Of a stretch of DNA of 64,000 nucleotides, positions 1-9,968 are shown piece after piece (position 1 is the stretch's first letter; the number at the start of each line of letters is the position of its first letter). The notes below the pieces were generated by a model. The model was not told the origin of the DNA. It was given only the letters and a program-made list of their open reading frames with translations, and did not search any database. The stretch lies in NCBI GenBank assembly GCA_963707345.1, contig CAVPPE010000003.1, positions 512,072-576,071 on the forward strand, in the 5' to 3' direction. Made by a program: the position numbers and the translations under genes. The DNA is from an uncultured Chloroflexia bacterium (GTDB lineage: Bacteria; Chloroflexota; Anaerolineae; Promineifilales; UBA4811).

Positions 1-3
1 TTT

Positions 4-3000
4 TTGTCATTCATCCGTCGTCGGCCGATGCAATCCGTGCACTTGTCCAGTGACTTTTTGCCGCTCCTGCTGGCATTGGTAGCGGCATTGATGGGGCTGC
101 TGTTTCTGGCCCGTCGCCGCCTCTTGCCCGCGGATCGCAGCCGCCTGGTGGAGCGTGTTGCGGAACTGGAGGCACTGGGGCAGGCCGGCCGGGCGCTGGT
201 GGAAGCGCAACTGGACCCGGATGCGCTGTACGAGTTCATTTTTGAGCAGATCAGCACCATCATTGACACGTCTATCTTCCAGCTTGGCCTGTTTGAGGAT
301 GGCTGCTACCGTATTGTGATCTGGGTGCGGGATGGGGAGCGCTGTCCCCCGGCCGAGTTTGACCTGGGCGAGGGGGAGGGGTTGGTGGGATGGGTAGCTC
401 AACACAAGCAGCCACTACTTATTCGCAACTTTCAGAGCGAGTGGCAGGATTTGCCGGCCCGGCCGCGATACATCAGCGAGCACCCACCCAGTTCAGCCAT
501 CTTCATCCCTTTGGTGACAGGCGGCCAGTGCGTGGGAGCCATGGCCGCGCAGAGCTACCAGACCGGTGCTTTTTCCCAAGATGATGTGCGCCGGCTCTCG
601 ATTGTGGCCAACCAGGCAGCTTCGGCCATCGCCAACGCGCGACTCTACCAGCAGGCACAGTCCCGCGCAGCGCAACTCGAGTTGGTCGGCAGCGTGTCAC
701 GCCAGGTTCGCGCCATCACGCCGCTGCCCGATCTGTTTGCACAGACTGTGTCGCTGATACAGCAGACCTTTGGCTACTATTGTGTCAATATCTATAGCTA
801 TGATGCTTCGACTGACCAGGCTGCTTTGCAGGCCAGCACCTCGGCCGATGTGTGGGAGAGCCACCAACAACTGCCGGCCGACGGGGGCTTGATCAACTGG
901 GCAGTCGATCACCGCAAGACGGTGCTGGTCAACGATGTTTCGGCCGATGCGCGTTTTCTCTTCCTAAGCGCCTTGCCGAACACCCGCTCAGAAATGGTAG
1001 TGCCATTGCTGATCGAAGATCATGCGCTGGGCGTGCTGGACCTGCAGAGCGACCGACCGAATGCTTTTGGCTCAGAGGATCAATTTGCGCTGGAAGCGCT
1101 AGCCGACCAGATTGCCTTGGCGATTCAGGAATCCCGGCTGTACAATGCGGAGCGGCACCAACGGTCAGTTGCCGAGACGCTCCGCGAAGTGGCGGAAACC
1201 ATCACCTCTTCATTGGACTTGGAAACGGTGCTTCATGCGATCCTTACCGATTTGCGGCGGGTGTTGCCCTACGACGCGGCATCCGTGTTACTGCTGGAGC
1301 GCGAAGATACCGTGGTGGTTCAGGCTGCCCAGGGGCTGCCCAGTGTAGTTGGCACCCAGGGAGAAGAGTTCTGCCTGGCTGATTCGGAGCGACTGAGCCA
1401 GCTGGCGGAGGTGAATCATCCCATTGTCTTTCACTGTGAGGACGGGGCCGGCTGCTACCATGCCTTGCTGGATTTGCCGCCGGAGCACGCCTGCCTGGGT
1501 GCCCCGCTCATCGCCCGGGGTGAGCTGATTGGTTTCATCACCGTGGATGCGTTGCCGCCGCAAACATACGGGCGCGAGGACGTGGCGGTGATTGCGATGT
1601 TTGCAGGACAGGCGGCCGTGGCCATTGACAATGCCCGCCTCTTTGCATCGCAAAAGGAGGAGGCCTGGGTCTCCGGCGCGCTGTTGCAGATGGCAGAGGC
1701 GACGGCGCGTTCAACCGAGTTGGAGCAGGTGATTGACACCATTGTGCGCATGACCGTTTCTCTGGTGGGGGTAGGCCAGTGCGGTATCCTGCTCTGGCAG
1801 GATGAGCCGGCCGCGTTCCGGGGAACGCAACTGGCCGGCAAGGGGGCAGAACTGACCAACGAGTTTGCCCACATCTGGTTGCCACTCAACACCTGGGCGC
1901 CGCTGGATGCACTCAAAGTTCGGCCGCAGCCGCTCCTGCTGGGCGGCGGCGAGGCGCTCAGCGCGCTGCCGGACGAGCTTTTTGACTTTTTCGGGCTGGA
2001 CAATTGGCTGCTGCTGTTGCCGCTGGTAGCCAAAGGCGAGTTGATGGGGGTAATGTTGGCCTCTGGCGACACGGCCGACGTGGACCTCATTCGTCGCCGG
2101 GTGCACCTGGTTGGAGGGATTGCTAGCCAGGCCGCCATGGCCATTGAGAACGCCCGGCTGTACGCTGCCCAACAGGAAGAAGCGTATGTCACCATCGCCT
2201 TGCTGCAAGTGGCAGAGGCGGTCAACAGCTTGACGAACCTGACGGATATTCTCGACACCATCGTCCGACTGGCGCCCATTCTGGCTGGCGTGGATCGCTG
2301 CGCTATCGTCATCCGGCAGGGGTATCAGGTCTGGGATTGCGGGCCGCATTATGGCTTTGGAACGGAAGAGTGCGTGCTGATGGAGCAATCGCTGTCGCAC
2401 GACTCGATCGTTGACTTTTTGACAGCTATGGAAGAAGGGAATGGTCCGCTAGGTGCCGGGCCTGGCTACCCTTTGCCGTTGCCGGTGGCCTGGCAGGAGT
2501 TGCTGGCGGCCGATGGGTTGCTGGCCCTGCCGCTGGTCACCCGGAGAGAGCTGGTCGGTGCTATCCTGGTCACTTTTCCAGCGCAAGTCGCTCCATTCAG
2601 TTCTCGCCGCCAAAACATTTTGACCGGCATTGCACATCAGGCTTCGATTGCAATTGAAAATGATCAGTTGTACGGCGAGGCGCTGGAGCGTGAGCGGATG
2701 GAGCGGGAGTTGGAAGTGGCGCGCGGTATTCAATCCAGCTTTCTTCCAGACGTGCGGCCGGAGCACCCGGGTTGGAGCGTGGATGCTTTTTGGCGTGCGG
2801 CCCGTCAGGTTGGGGGTGACTTTTACGATTTCTTTCGGCTGACCCGCAGCGCCGAGGAGAGCGAGTTGTGGGGAATTGTGGTGGCAGACGTGGCGGACAA
2901 GGGGGTGCCGGCCGCGCTGTACATGGCTTTGTCCCGCACTCTCATCCGTTCGGTGGGCCACAACCGACACGACCCGGCCGCCTGCCTGGCCCGCGTCAAC

Positions 3001-3450
3001 GATCTATTGCTCGCCGACTCCCGCTCTGACCTGTTTGTGACGGTCATTTATGCCGTGTGGGAGCCGGAGAGCGGCCGGTTGAGCTACACCAATGCGGGTC
3101 ACAACCCGCCCCTTTATTTGCGGGCCAATGGGGCGGTGGAGGTGCTAAAGCAAAACAATATCGTGCTGGGGGTGTTGCCTTCCGCACCAATGGACACGCA
3201 CACGATTCACATCCGGCCGGGCGAGGCAATGATCCTGTACACCGATGGCATCACCGACGCCCTCAACCAGGACAAGGATGAATTTGGGCTGGAGCGGCTG
3301 GTGCAGGTGGTGCGTGAAAATCGCCGCCTGGGGGCCACCGGGATGGTGGAAGCAATTCGGGCGGCCGTGGATGACTTTGTGGGGCAGGAAGCCCAGTTTG
3401 ACGATCTGACGCTGGTGGTTATCAAGCGGGAGCCGGATAGCGACCGATGA
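4..3450 (+). CDS. Membrane-anchored multi-GAF (5x) PP2C/SpoIIE-family serine phosphatase (RsbU-like)
   Basis: 1148-aa ORF with an N-terminal TM segment (LLPLLLALVAALMGLLFL). Five GAF-like modules each end in an AxAIxNARLY-type helix (ANARLYQQ, QESRLYNAE, DNARLFAS, ENARLYAAQ, ENDQLYGE). C-terminal PP2C motifs: ARGIQSSFLP, GGDFYDF, ADVADKGVPAAL, YTDGITDA. The frame is open to the window edge, so the 5' end may be truncated; alternative ATG at 28. Confidence 0.85.
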   Translation: MSFIRRRPMQSVHLSSDFLPLLLALVAALMGLLFLARRRLLPADRSRLVERVAELEALGQAGRALVEAQLDPDALYEFIFEQISTIIDTSIFQLGLFEDGCYRIVIWVRDGERCPPAEFDLGEGEGLVGWVAQHKQPLLIRNFQSEWQDLPARPRYISEHPPSSAIFIPLVTGGQCVGAMAAQSYQTGAFSQDDVRRLSIVANQAASAIANARLYQQAQSRAAQLELVGSVSRQVRAITPLPDLFAQTVSLIQQTFGYYCVNIYSYDASTDQAALQASTSADVWESHQQLPADGGLINWAVDHRKTVLVNDVSADARFLFLSALPNTRSEMVVPLLIEDHALGVLDLQSDRPNAFGSEDQFALEALADQIALAIQESRLYNAERHQRSVAETLREVAETITSSLDLETVLHAILTDLRRVLPYDAASVLLLEREDTVVVQAAQGLPSVVGTQGEEFCLADSERLSQLAEVNHPIVFHCEDGAGCYHALLDLPPEHACLGAPLIARGELIGFITVDALPPQTYGREDVAVIAMFAGQAAVAIDNARLFASQKEEAWVSGALLQMAEATARSTELEQVIDTIVRMTVSLVGVGQCGILLWQDEPAAFRGTQLAGKGAELTNEFAHIWLPLNTWAPLDALKVRPQPLLLGGGEALSALPDELFDFFGLDNWLLLLPLVAKGELMGVMLASGDTADVDLIRRRVHLVGGIASQAAMAIENARLYAAQQEEAYVTIALLQVAEAVNSLTNLTDILDTIVRLAPILAGVDRCAIVIRQGYQVWDCGPHYGFGTEECVLMEQSLSHDSIVDFLTAMEEGNGPLGAGPGYPLPLPVAWQELLAADGLLALPLVTRRELVGAILVTFPAQVAPFSSRRQNILTGIAHQASIAIENDQLYGEALERERMERELEVARGIQSSFLPDVRPEHPGWSVDAFWRAARQVGGDFYDFFRLTRSAEESELWGIVVADVADKGVPAALYMALSRTLIRSVGHNRHDPAACLARVNDLLLADSRSDLFVTVIYAVWEPESGRLSYTNAGHNPPLYLRANGAVEVLKQNNIVLGVLPSAPMDTHTIHIRPGEAMILYTDGITDALNQDKDEFGLERLVQVVRENRRLGATGMVEAIRAAVDDFVGQEAQFDDLTLVVIKREPDSDR

Positions 3451-3461
3451 CTTGGCCTCTG

Positions 3462-4892
3462 CTAGGGCGCAAAGTTGAAAAAGTTGTAGGTTGCCCGCGA
3501 AACATCCGCCAATAGCGGCGAGCTGACCTGCCATTCCAGCCAGCCGGGGGTGTACAGGTATTCCACCAGCACATAGTCGCCACCGGGGGTGAAAACAATG
3601 CCCGCGTCACCGTGGGTTTCGGCCGCCCAGCCATGCTTGTGGGCTACGTTGGTCCCCTCCGGCACCCCGGCCTCAATCAGCGAGCCAATCCGGTTCTGGT
3701 TCATCATTTCCAGCATCATCCGGCACTCATCCGCGGTTAGCTGGTCTGGATAGGCAACCAGCAATGTGCCACCTCCGGCCGCGCACTGGTAGATCATCTC
3801 TAGCAGCATCCCCAGGTCCTCTGGCGTGGTCTGCATCTTGGGATCGGGCTGGGTGGTGATGTCCGTCCGCTGGTTGGCCGGCGTGGCGTACGTCCCCGGG
3901 ATGTCTTCCTCATAAGGCACGGCAATAAAGGTGTTGATCAGGCCCAGATACCACAAGGATTCGGTCACCTTTTGGGCCCCCAGCATGCCGTTGTCTTCAC
4001 CAGCAATTACATCGAGCAGCAGGTTGGCGGTATAGTTCCCGCTTTCGATCATGGTCTGCGTGAGCAGTTTGGTTTCCTCAATGTTGGGCGGCCGGTCCAG
4101 GGTGCGAAACGTCTCCAGCATGATGGGGATTTTGGTCATGCTGAGGCCCGAGAAGGCCACGTCTTGATTGATTCCCAGCGTCTGGCCGGTTTGCAGGTCA
4201 ATCACGTAGATAGCATAGATGCCGTTAAAATCGGCCAGATGATTCTCGATCAGCCGGCCGAGAATCTCCAGATCCGGCAGAGCCGATGCCAGTTGATCCA
4301 CGACCAGCGTCGCCTGACGGTCGGCCGGGGCAAGCAGCGCTTGTTCCACCAACGGCAGGGAAGCGGCCACATTCATCTGATAGCCCGGCTGCCCGGACTG
4401 GAAGTTGAGGGTGGCCGGCACAGGAACAGGGGGTTGGGGTGGGGCATCCCGCGTGTTGGCAATGTTGGCCAGCATCACTTCCAGACGGCGGGTGTTCAAG
4501 CTGGCATCCAGCTCTACCGGCGTAATCTCTACCAGCCGGTTGAGCAGGAAATCGATAAAGCCAGGCCAGAAACCCTGCGTGTCCTTTTGCTCTGTGGCCT
4601 GTTGGAGCATGGAGTCCAGGTTGATGGTGAATTCCACGTCGGCCGGGCTCAGGGGGATGCGCTCGCCCTGGTAGTAGAGGTCAACCTCCGAGTTGTAGAT
4701 GGCTTGGACCTGGCGGGCGGCTTCCTCATCGGTCAGCCCGCCTACGTTCACGCCGCCGATGGTCAAGCCGCTTGGAAAGCGGGTGCGAAAATTGGAGTAG
4801 CTGTTGAGCTGGATTACCAGCAGCGCTACCGCAATCACCACCAACAGGATGACGATCCATTCAACCCAGACAATAGCCCCTCGTCGGCTCAC
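3462..4892 (-). CDS. Membrane-anchored class A beta-lactamase-like serine hydrolase
   Basis: 476-aa ORF with GTG start preceded by a GGAGGAG RBS. N-terminal TM helix (WIVILLVVIAVALLVI) and an SxxK motif (GLSMTKIPIM) in a beta-lactamase/transpeptidase-like C-terminal half. Confidence 0.7.
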   Translation of the reverse strand: MSRRGAIVWVEWIVILLVVIAVALLVIQLNSYSNFRTRFPSGLTIGGVNVGGLTDEEAARQVQAIYNSEVDLYYQGERIPLSPADVEFTINLDSMLQQATEQKDTQGFWPGFIDFLLNRLVEITPVELDASLNTRRLEVMLANIANTRDAPPQPPVPVPATLNFQSGQPGYQMNVAASLPLVEQALLAPADRQATLVVDQLASALPDLEILGRLIENHLADFNGIYAIYVIDLQTGQTLGINQDVAFSGLSMTKIPIMLETFRTLDRPPNIEETKLLTQTMIESGNYTANLLLDVIAGEDNGMLGAQKVTESLWYLGLINTFIAVPYEEDIPGTYATPANQRTDITTQPDPKMQTTPEDLGMLLEMIYQCAAGGGTLLVAYPDQLTADECRMMLEMMNQNRIGSLIEAGVPEGTNVAHKHGWAAETHGDAGIVFTPGGDYVLVEYLYTPGWLEWQVSSPLLADVSRATYNFFNFAP

Positions 4893-4931
4893 TGGTCACT
4901 CTCCTCCAAATATGCCTCGTAAGGCTTGCAC

Positions 4932-4960
4932 AAAAGCGCCGCCCCCAATTGAGGCGGCGC
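4932..4960 (-). terminator. Intrinsic terminator downstream of rdgB
   Basis: 8-bp GC stem GCGCCGCC/GGCGGCGC (4936-4943 with 4953-4960), followed on the minus strand by TTTT (4932-4935). Confidence 0.5.
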
Positions 4961-5000
4961 GGTGAAAAGTATAGCACAGTTGGGGGGCAGGCACAACCAC

Positions 5001-5606
5001 TCAACTTAGCTTGTCAAGGATGATCGGGCAGGCGGCCCGCGCGGCGCGCCCGCGGTGGCTGATGTGGTTTTTGGTGGCTTCCGGCAATTGCGCCATGGTG
5101 CAGTCGTGCTCCGGCAGGCAAAAGACCGGGTCGTAGCCAAAACCATGCTCCCCGGCCGCCTCAAACGCAATCATGCCCTCGCAAACACCTTCCACGACGG
5201 AGAGCTGGCCGGCCGGTGTTGCCAGCGCGATGATGCAACGAAAGCGGGCGGTTCGACGCTCCCAGGGCACCCCATCCAGCTCCTTGAGCAGGTGCTGCCA
5301 GCGGCCGGCGTCGCTCAATCCCGGCCCGCCAAAGCGCGCCGAGCGGATGCCGGGCCGGCCGTCCAGCGCGTCCACCTCCAGCCCGGAATCGTCGGCCAGC
5401 GTCAGCGGAATGCCAAGCGAACTGCTGGCGCAGGCAAAGGCCAACGCCTTGATGGTTGCGTTTTCGCGGTAGGTGGCGCCGCTCTCGTCAACCTCCAAGT
5501 GGATGCCCAGTTCGGCCGGGCCAATGCAGGTGATGGGCAAATCGGCGAACAGGCCGTTGTATTCCCGGACTTTGCCAGGGTTGCCGGTGGCAATCAGTAA
5601 CTTCAT
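5001..5606 (-). CDS. rdgB: Non-canonical purine NTP pyrophosphatase (RdgB/HAM1 family)
   Basis: 201 aa. N-terminus MKLLIATGNPGKVREY and C-terminal FGYDPVF...ISHRGRA are family hallmarks. Confidence 0.9.
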   Translation of the reverse strand: MKLLIATGNPGKVREYNGLFADLPITCIGPAELGIHLEVDESGATYRENATIKALAFACASSSLGIPLTLADDSGLEVDALDGRPGIRSARFGGPGLSDAGRWQHLLKELDGVPWERRTARFRCIIALATPAGQLSVVEGVCEGMIAFEAAGEHGFGYDPVFCLPEHDCTMAQLPEATKNHISHRGRAARAACPIILDKLS

Positions 5607-5759
5607 CGCGGCTCCTCAAGCGCCTGCCAAAACTGACTGGCTGAACGATATTACCTCCTCAACAGGTCTGCGCCGATTATACCTGCTCGGCAGGCGGGAT
5701 CAAGGGCCGATTTGCGCCACGGCCGCTCCACTGTCGCCCGCTGTTTTGGCAACGGCCGC

Positions 5760-5787
5760 TTGACTTTCACATCCCCCTCTGTACAAT
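5760..5787 (+). promoter_or_regulatory. Candidate sigma70-type promoter for rmlA-rmlB
   Basis: TTGACT (5760-5765), 16-nt spacer, TACAAT (5782-5787), about 60 nt upstream of the rmlA ATG. Confidence 0.35.
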
Positions 5788-5846
5788 TCTAGCAGTTGCA
5801 CCGACAGGTCGGGGCAGCACACCCAGATAAGGAGTTTGTATCAACT

Positions 5847-6926
5847 ATGAAGGGACTGATTCTTTCCGGCGGCAAAGGGACCCGCCTTTATCCGCTCACG
5901 TTTACCAGCGCCAAGCAGCTTATCCCGGTGGCCAACAAGCCTATTCTTTTCCGCGTCATCGAGGCGATCCGCGAAGCGGGGATCGAGGATATAGGCATTG
6001 TGGTGGGTGACACGGCCGACGAGATCAAGCAGGCGGTCGGCCGGGGCAAGCGCTGGGATGCCAATGTGACCTACATCCACCAGGAAGCGCCGCTGGGGCT
6101 GGCCCATGCGGTCAAGATATCCCGCGATTTCCTGGGTGACGAGCGTTTTGTGATGTTCCTGGGTGATAATGTGATCGAGGGCGGTATCAGCCCCCTGATC
6201 GCCGAATTTGCCCACAGCGACTGGAACAGCCAGATTGTTTTGACCCGTGTGGAGCACCCGGAACAGTACGGCGTGGCCGAGTTGAGCGAAGACGGCCGGA
6301 TCATCCAGCTTGTCGAAAAGCCCCAGGTACCCCCAAGTGATCTAGCGTTGGTGGGAATTTACATGTTCGATCACCATGTGTTTGAAGCGGTGGAGGCGAT
6401 CAAACCATCCTGGCGCGGTGAGTTGGAGATTACGGATGCCATCCAGTGGCTGGTGAGCAACAGCTACCGGGTGTTCCCCTACATCCACCGGGGTTGGTGG
6501 ATCGACACCGGCCGCCCAGGCGACATGCTGGACGCCAACAGCATGGTGCTGGAAGAGCTGGCTCACAAGGTGGATGGGTACGTGGACCGCGACTCGACCG
6601 TGGGGCACAATGTCACGGTCGAGCGGGGCGCCGAGATTGTCAACAGCGTGATACGCGGCCCGTCGATCATCGGCCGGAACAGCCGTATTGTAAACAGCTA
6701 CATTGGCCCTTACACCTCGATCTACCACGATGTGGTCATCACCAACAGCGAGATCGAGCGCTCCATCGTCCTGGAGAACTCGCGCATCTCCGATATCCCG
6801 GCCCGCATTCAGGACAGCCTCATCGGCCGGCAGGTGGTGATTGACCGCTCGCCCATCAAACCCAAGGCGCACAAGCTGATGCTGGGTGACTATAGCCAGG
6901 TTGGCATTCTGAACGGTGCGGCATGA
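5847..6926 (+). CDS. rmlA: Glucose-1-phosphate thymidylyltransferase, long form with C-terminal left-handed beta-helix
   Basis: MKGLILSGGKGTRLYPLT nucleotidyltransferase signature. ATG at 5847 preceded by AAGGAG; the ORF-track start at 5796 lacks an RBS. The C-terminus has hexapeptide-repeat character. Confidence 0.85.
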   Translation: MKGLILSGGKGTRLYPLTFTSAKQLIPVANKPILFRVIEAIREAGIEDIGIVVGDTADEIKQAVGRGKRWDANVTYIHQEAPLGLAHAVKISRDFLGDERFVMFLGDNVIEGGISPLIAEFAHSDWNSQIVLTRVEHPEQYGVAELSEDGRIIQLVEKPQVPPSDLALVGIYMFDHHVFEAVEAIKPSWRGELEITDAIQWLVSNSYRVFPYIHRGWWIDTGRPGDMLDANSMVLEELAHKVDGYVDRDSTVGHNVTVERGAEIVNSVIRGPSIIGRNSRIVNSYIGPYTSIYHDVVITNSEIERSIVLENSRISDIPARIQDSLIGRQVVIDRSPIKPKAHKLMLGDYSQVGILNGAA

Positions 6927-7951
6927 AACGACTGATGATCACAGGCGGGGCGGGTTTCATTGGCTCTAATTTCACCCGCTATTTGCTGGAACGGTACCCA
7001 GACTACTTTGCGCTGGTCTACGACAAGCTGACCTATGCCGGTAATCTGGACAACCTGAAGGATGTGGCGGCCCGATTTGCCGGCCGGTACGCTTTTGTGC
7101 AGGGCGATATCTGTGATCCGGCCGCGGTGGAGCAGGCAGTCAAGCAGCACCGGATTGACACGATTGTGAACTTTGCGGCCGAGACTCACGTGGACCGCTC
7201 GATCATGGACCCGGACGCATTCATCCGGACCGACGTGTACGGCACCTACGTCCTGTTGGAAGCAGCCCGCACGCTTGGGCTGGAGCGCTATCACCAGATT
7301 TCCACCGACGAAGTTTATGGCCACGTTCCGGATGGGGCTTCCAACGAGACCGATCCCGTAGCGCCGCGCAGCCCATACGCCGCCAGCAAGACCAGCGGCG
7401 ACCTGATGGTGAACGCCTACTGTGTCACCTATGATCTCCCGGTGACCATCACCCGTGGGGCCAACAACATTGGCCCGTATCAATACCCGGAAAAGGTGGT
7501 CCCGCTATTTGTGACCAATGCCATCGATGATGAACCGCTGCCGGTGTATGGGGATGGTCTTCAGGTCCGGGATTACCAGTACGTGCTGGACCATTGCGAG
7601 GGGATTGACCTGGTGTTGCACAAGGGGCAATTCGGCGAAATCTATAACGTTGGCACCGGCACCGAGATGCACAACCTGGATATGACCCATTTGATTCTGG
7701 ACCTGCTGGGCAAACCCAGGACGCTGATCCGTCACGTTCCGGACCGCGCCGGACACGACCGCCGCTACAGCTTGAATGTGGAAAAGATCTGTGCGTTGGG
7801 TTGGGAACCAACCCACAGTTGTGCTGAGGCAATCGAACTGAGCGTCAATTGGTATGTGAAAAACGAGTGGTGGTGGCGCAAAATCAAATCGGGAGAGTAC
7901 AAGGAGTATTATCGGCAGCAGTACGGCTGGCGACTGGCCCAGATGCCATAG
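6923..7951 (+). CDS. rmlB: dTDP-glucose 4,6-dehydratase
   Basis: MKRLMITGGAGFIGSNF Rossmann motif, YAASK catalytic motif, and a 4-nt overlap with rmlA. Confidence 0.92.
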   Translation: MKRLMITGGAGFIGSNFTRYLLERYPDYFALVYDKLTYAGNLDNLKDVAARFAGRYAFVQGDICDPAAVEQAVKQHRIDTIVNFAAETHVDRSIMDPDAFIRTDVYGTYVLLEAARTLGLERYHQISTDEVYGHVPDGASNETDPVAPRSPYAASKTSGDLMVNAYCVTYDLPVTITRGANNIGPYQYPEKVVPLFVTNAIDDEPLPVYGDGLQVRDYQYVLDHCEGIDLVLHKGQFGEIYNVGTGTEMHNLDMTHLILDLLGKPRTLIRHVPDRAGHDRRYSLNVEKICALGWEPTHSCAEAIELSVNWYVKNEWWWRKIKSGEYKEYYRQQYGWRLAQMP

Positions 7952-7973
7952 CCCTATAGGCTGATGTGTTCAA

Positions 7974-8010
7974 CCTCCCGCAGATGTGGACCTTTGCGGG
8001 AGGTTTTTTT
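7974..8010 (+). terminator. Intrinsic terminator after rmlB, possibly bidirectional
   Basis: 9-bp stem CCTCCCGCA/TGCGGGAGG (7974-7982 with 7995-8003) followed by T7 (8004-8010). It lies between convergent genes. Confidence 0.7.
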
Positions 8011-8013
8011 GTG

Positions 8014-9903
8014 TCAGGCGATGGCCCAAAAGTTGACCCCGTACACAATCAGTGTCAGTATGGCGTCGGAGGCGGCCGCTACAGCGTAAAAAACCACCGC
8101 AGACTGAGTGCGGCGCTTGCGGATGCGAACCGCCACTAGCAGGGCTATGCCTAGGATTGCCAGCGGGACTGCTATCTGGAGCATGCGGTGCAGCCCGGCC
8201 GGGAGGTCCAGCCAGGCTGAAAACGGCGTGTATGTTAATATGCTGGGAAAGAGGAGTAGCTTGGTTGCTTGATACACGATGATCCCAACTCCCAACAACG
8301 CCTGGTTCACATCTTTCGGCCGCCGATCCTGGTTCCAGACGAGTTCCAGCCCACCCAGCAAAATCAGGCCCGGCGCCAGCCAGATTAGCGCAAAGGGGAA
8401 CATGGCCAAGCCAGAGAGCCCTTCCATCGCTCCCTGCAGCGTTGCGTGAACCAGGTCGTCTTTGTTTAACCGATCCAACAGGGCGCGGGCGGCCGGGTTG
8501 GTGGTGGCGTAATAGGCCTGTGTCCTGGCAGCGCCTTCTCGCCAGACCATATGCAGGTTGCCGGCCGCATCGGCCGATAGGGCCGCCTCCTGCGAGAGTG
8601 ATTCCGTTTTGGATGCTGGCTGATAGCCCTTTTCTGTACCCTCGGAGAACAGCACTGTCGCCGTCTGCGCACGGACGTCCTGCCGGAATTGCTGGTAAAA
8701 GGTGAACGCCACCGCCAATTCGCCCCTCTCACCATCCAGTGGAGACGGCTGGTAAATAAAGTCGGACCTCAACTGGAGGGAGGCCGGCCGGATCATTTCG
8801 GCCAGCGGCAAGCTGCCACTGTACGGCACGGCCGGTGGTGATTCAATGGCATACAGGTTGATGCGCTCTGGCGCGGGTGAGGATGGATGACCCATTGGGA
8901 AGGCGATGAACTCGCTGTGTGCGGTGCCGGCTTCTTCACCAGACTGTCTTTGCTGGTGCCACAGCACGTACACCCAACCTTCGGAGAGTCCCAACTCGGG
9001 GCCATACAACGAGATGCCTGTGCCAGAACTGATCTGTGCCACTTCGGTCGGTGTGTTGGGTGCGCTCTGGCCTGGGAATAGAGTAGTGTACAGGAATCGC
9101 TGCTCGGTGCGCCAGGCGATGTGGTAGGTGCCGGCCGCACCGCGCTGCACGGCCGGTGCTTCGCCCTCGGTTGAGATCATAAGAGGGGGAGCCTGGGTAG
9201 TGCCCTGGGGGTCGAGCGCTAGCCCGTAAATCCCTCCTTCGTCGCGGATGTCCCACACCACGAACGCGCCACCATCCTCGGCCGGCGTCACATCATAGCT
9301 GTCAATTGATCGGTCTGGGGCAGTCAACTGCTGGATTTCGCCAATCATTTGACCTGTGCCATCCAGGAGCACGTGGCGCAGTGACCAGAGGTTCTGGACG
9401 TTGGGCCTGCTGGCCCACAAGAGGTGCAGTTGACCGTCTCCGGCCGGCACCAGTCTCACCGTGCGGGGGTGCTCGTCCGCCAGTTCCATGTCGGTCGATA
9501 CTGTTTCTTCGGCCAGCGAGTCCAGTTGCTGGTAGTGGATGCCTAGTGTGTTGCGAATCTGATAGGGCCAGACCAGGTGAACGCGGCTGCCGTCGGCCTC
9601 TGTGACAATGCTGGGGGCGCCGCTGACAAACTGGCCCAGATAAAGCGCCCGGCTCCAGTCCCGCGATGGTTTTCTGCCTCTGGGCGGCGCGACCGAACAA
9701 CTGGTCAGGGTGACCAGCAAGATTGCAATCAGTACCAGTGGCGCTTGGGCGCGGATTTTTGTGTTGCGCACGATTTTCTCCAGTTTCAGCGGCTTTGGTG
9801 GCGTGGGTGCCAAGTCGTAAAGTTTACTCCCCAGCAGCGCAATCGGTTCAGATTGCTCATCGCAGATAGCCGATCCAATCATATCACAAGACGGCAGATG
9901 CAA
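8014..9903 (-). CDS. Hypothetical membrane protein: N-terminal anchor or lipobox, propeller-like ectodomain, four C-terminal TM helices
   Basis: 629-aa ORF. Has LLVTLTSC (lipobox-like) and six recurring hhhhW strand motifs (VHLVW, LHLLW, AFVVW, YHIAW, VYVLW, LHMVW). C-terminal hydrophobic helices. The true start is uncertain. Confidence 0.6.
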   Translation of the reverse strand: MHLPSCDMIGSAICDEQSEPIALLGSKLYDLAPTPPKPLKLEKIVRNTKIRAQAPLVLIAILLVTLTSCSVAPPRGRKPSRDWSRALYLGQFVSGAPSIVTEADGSRVHLVWPYQIRNTLGIHYQQLDSLAEETVSTDMELADEHPRTVRLVPAGDGQLHLLWASRPNVQNLWSLRHVLLDGTGQMIGEIQQLTAPDRSIDSYDVTPAEDGGAFVVWDIRDEGGIYGLALDPQGTTQAPPLMISTEGEAPAVQRGAAGTYHIAWRTEQRFLYTTLFPGQSAPNTPTEVAQISSGTGISLYGPELGLSEGWVYVLWHQQRQSGEEAGTAHSEFIAFPMGHPSSPAPERINLYAIESPPAVPYSGSLPLAEMIRPASLQLRSDFIYQPSPLDGERGELAVAFTFYQQFRQDVRAQTATVLFSEGTEKGYQPASKTESLSQEAALSADAAGNLHMVWREGAARTQAYYATTNPAARALLDRLNKDDLVHATLQGAMEGLSGLAMFPFALIWLAPGLILLGGLELVWNQDRRPKDVNQALLGVGIIVYQATKLLLFPSILTYTPFSAWLDLPAGLHRMLQIAVPLAILGIALLVAVRIRKRRTQSAVVFYAVAAASDAILTLIVYGVNFWAIA

Positions 9904-9939
9904 AAGGGTGGCCTAAAAGGACAAATGCCGCAAAATCGG

Positions 9940-9968
9940 TTGACGGCCGGGGCAAACCCGACTATAAT
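9940..9968 (+). promoter_or_regulatory. Candidate sigma70-type promoter of the IclR regulator gene
   Basis: TTGACG (9940-9945), 17-nt spacer, consensus TATAAT (9963-9968). The palindrome TGCAACnnnGTTGCA lies at 9980-9994, just downstream. Confidence 0.45.

Noticed and set aside
5796-5846. Upstream extension of rmlA to the ORF-track start at 5796
   Set aside because: The extension (MHRQVGAAHPDKEFVST) is absent from family N-termini and overlaps the AAGGAG RBS that serves the ATG at 5847.
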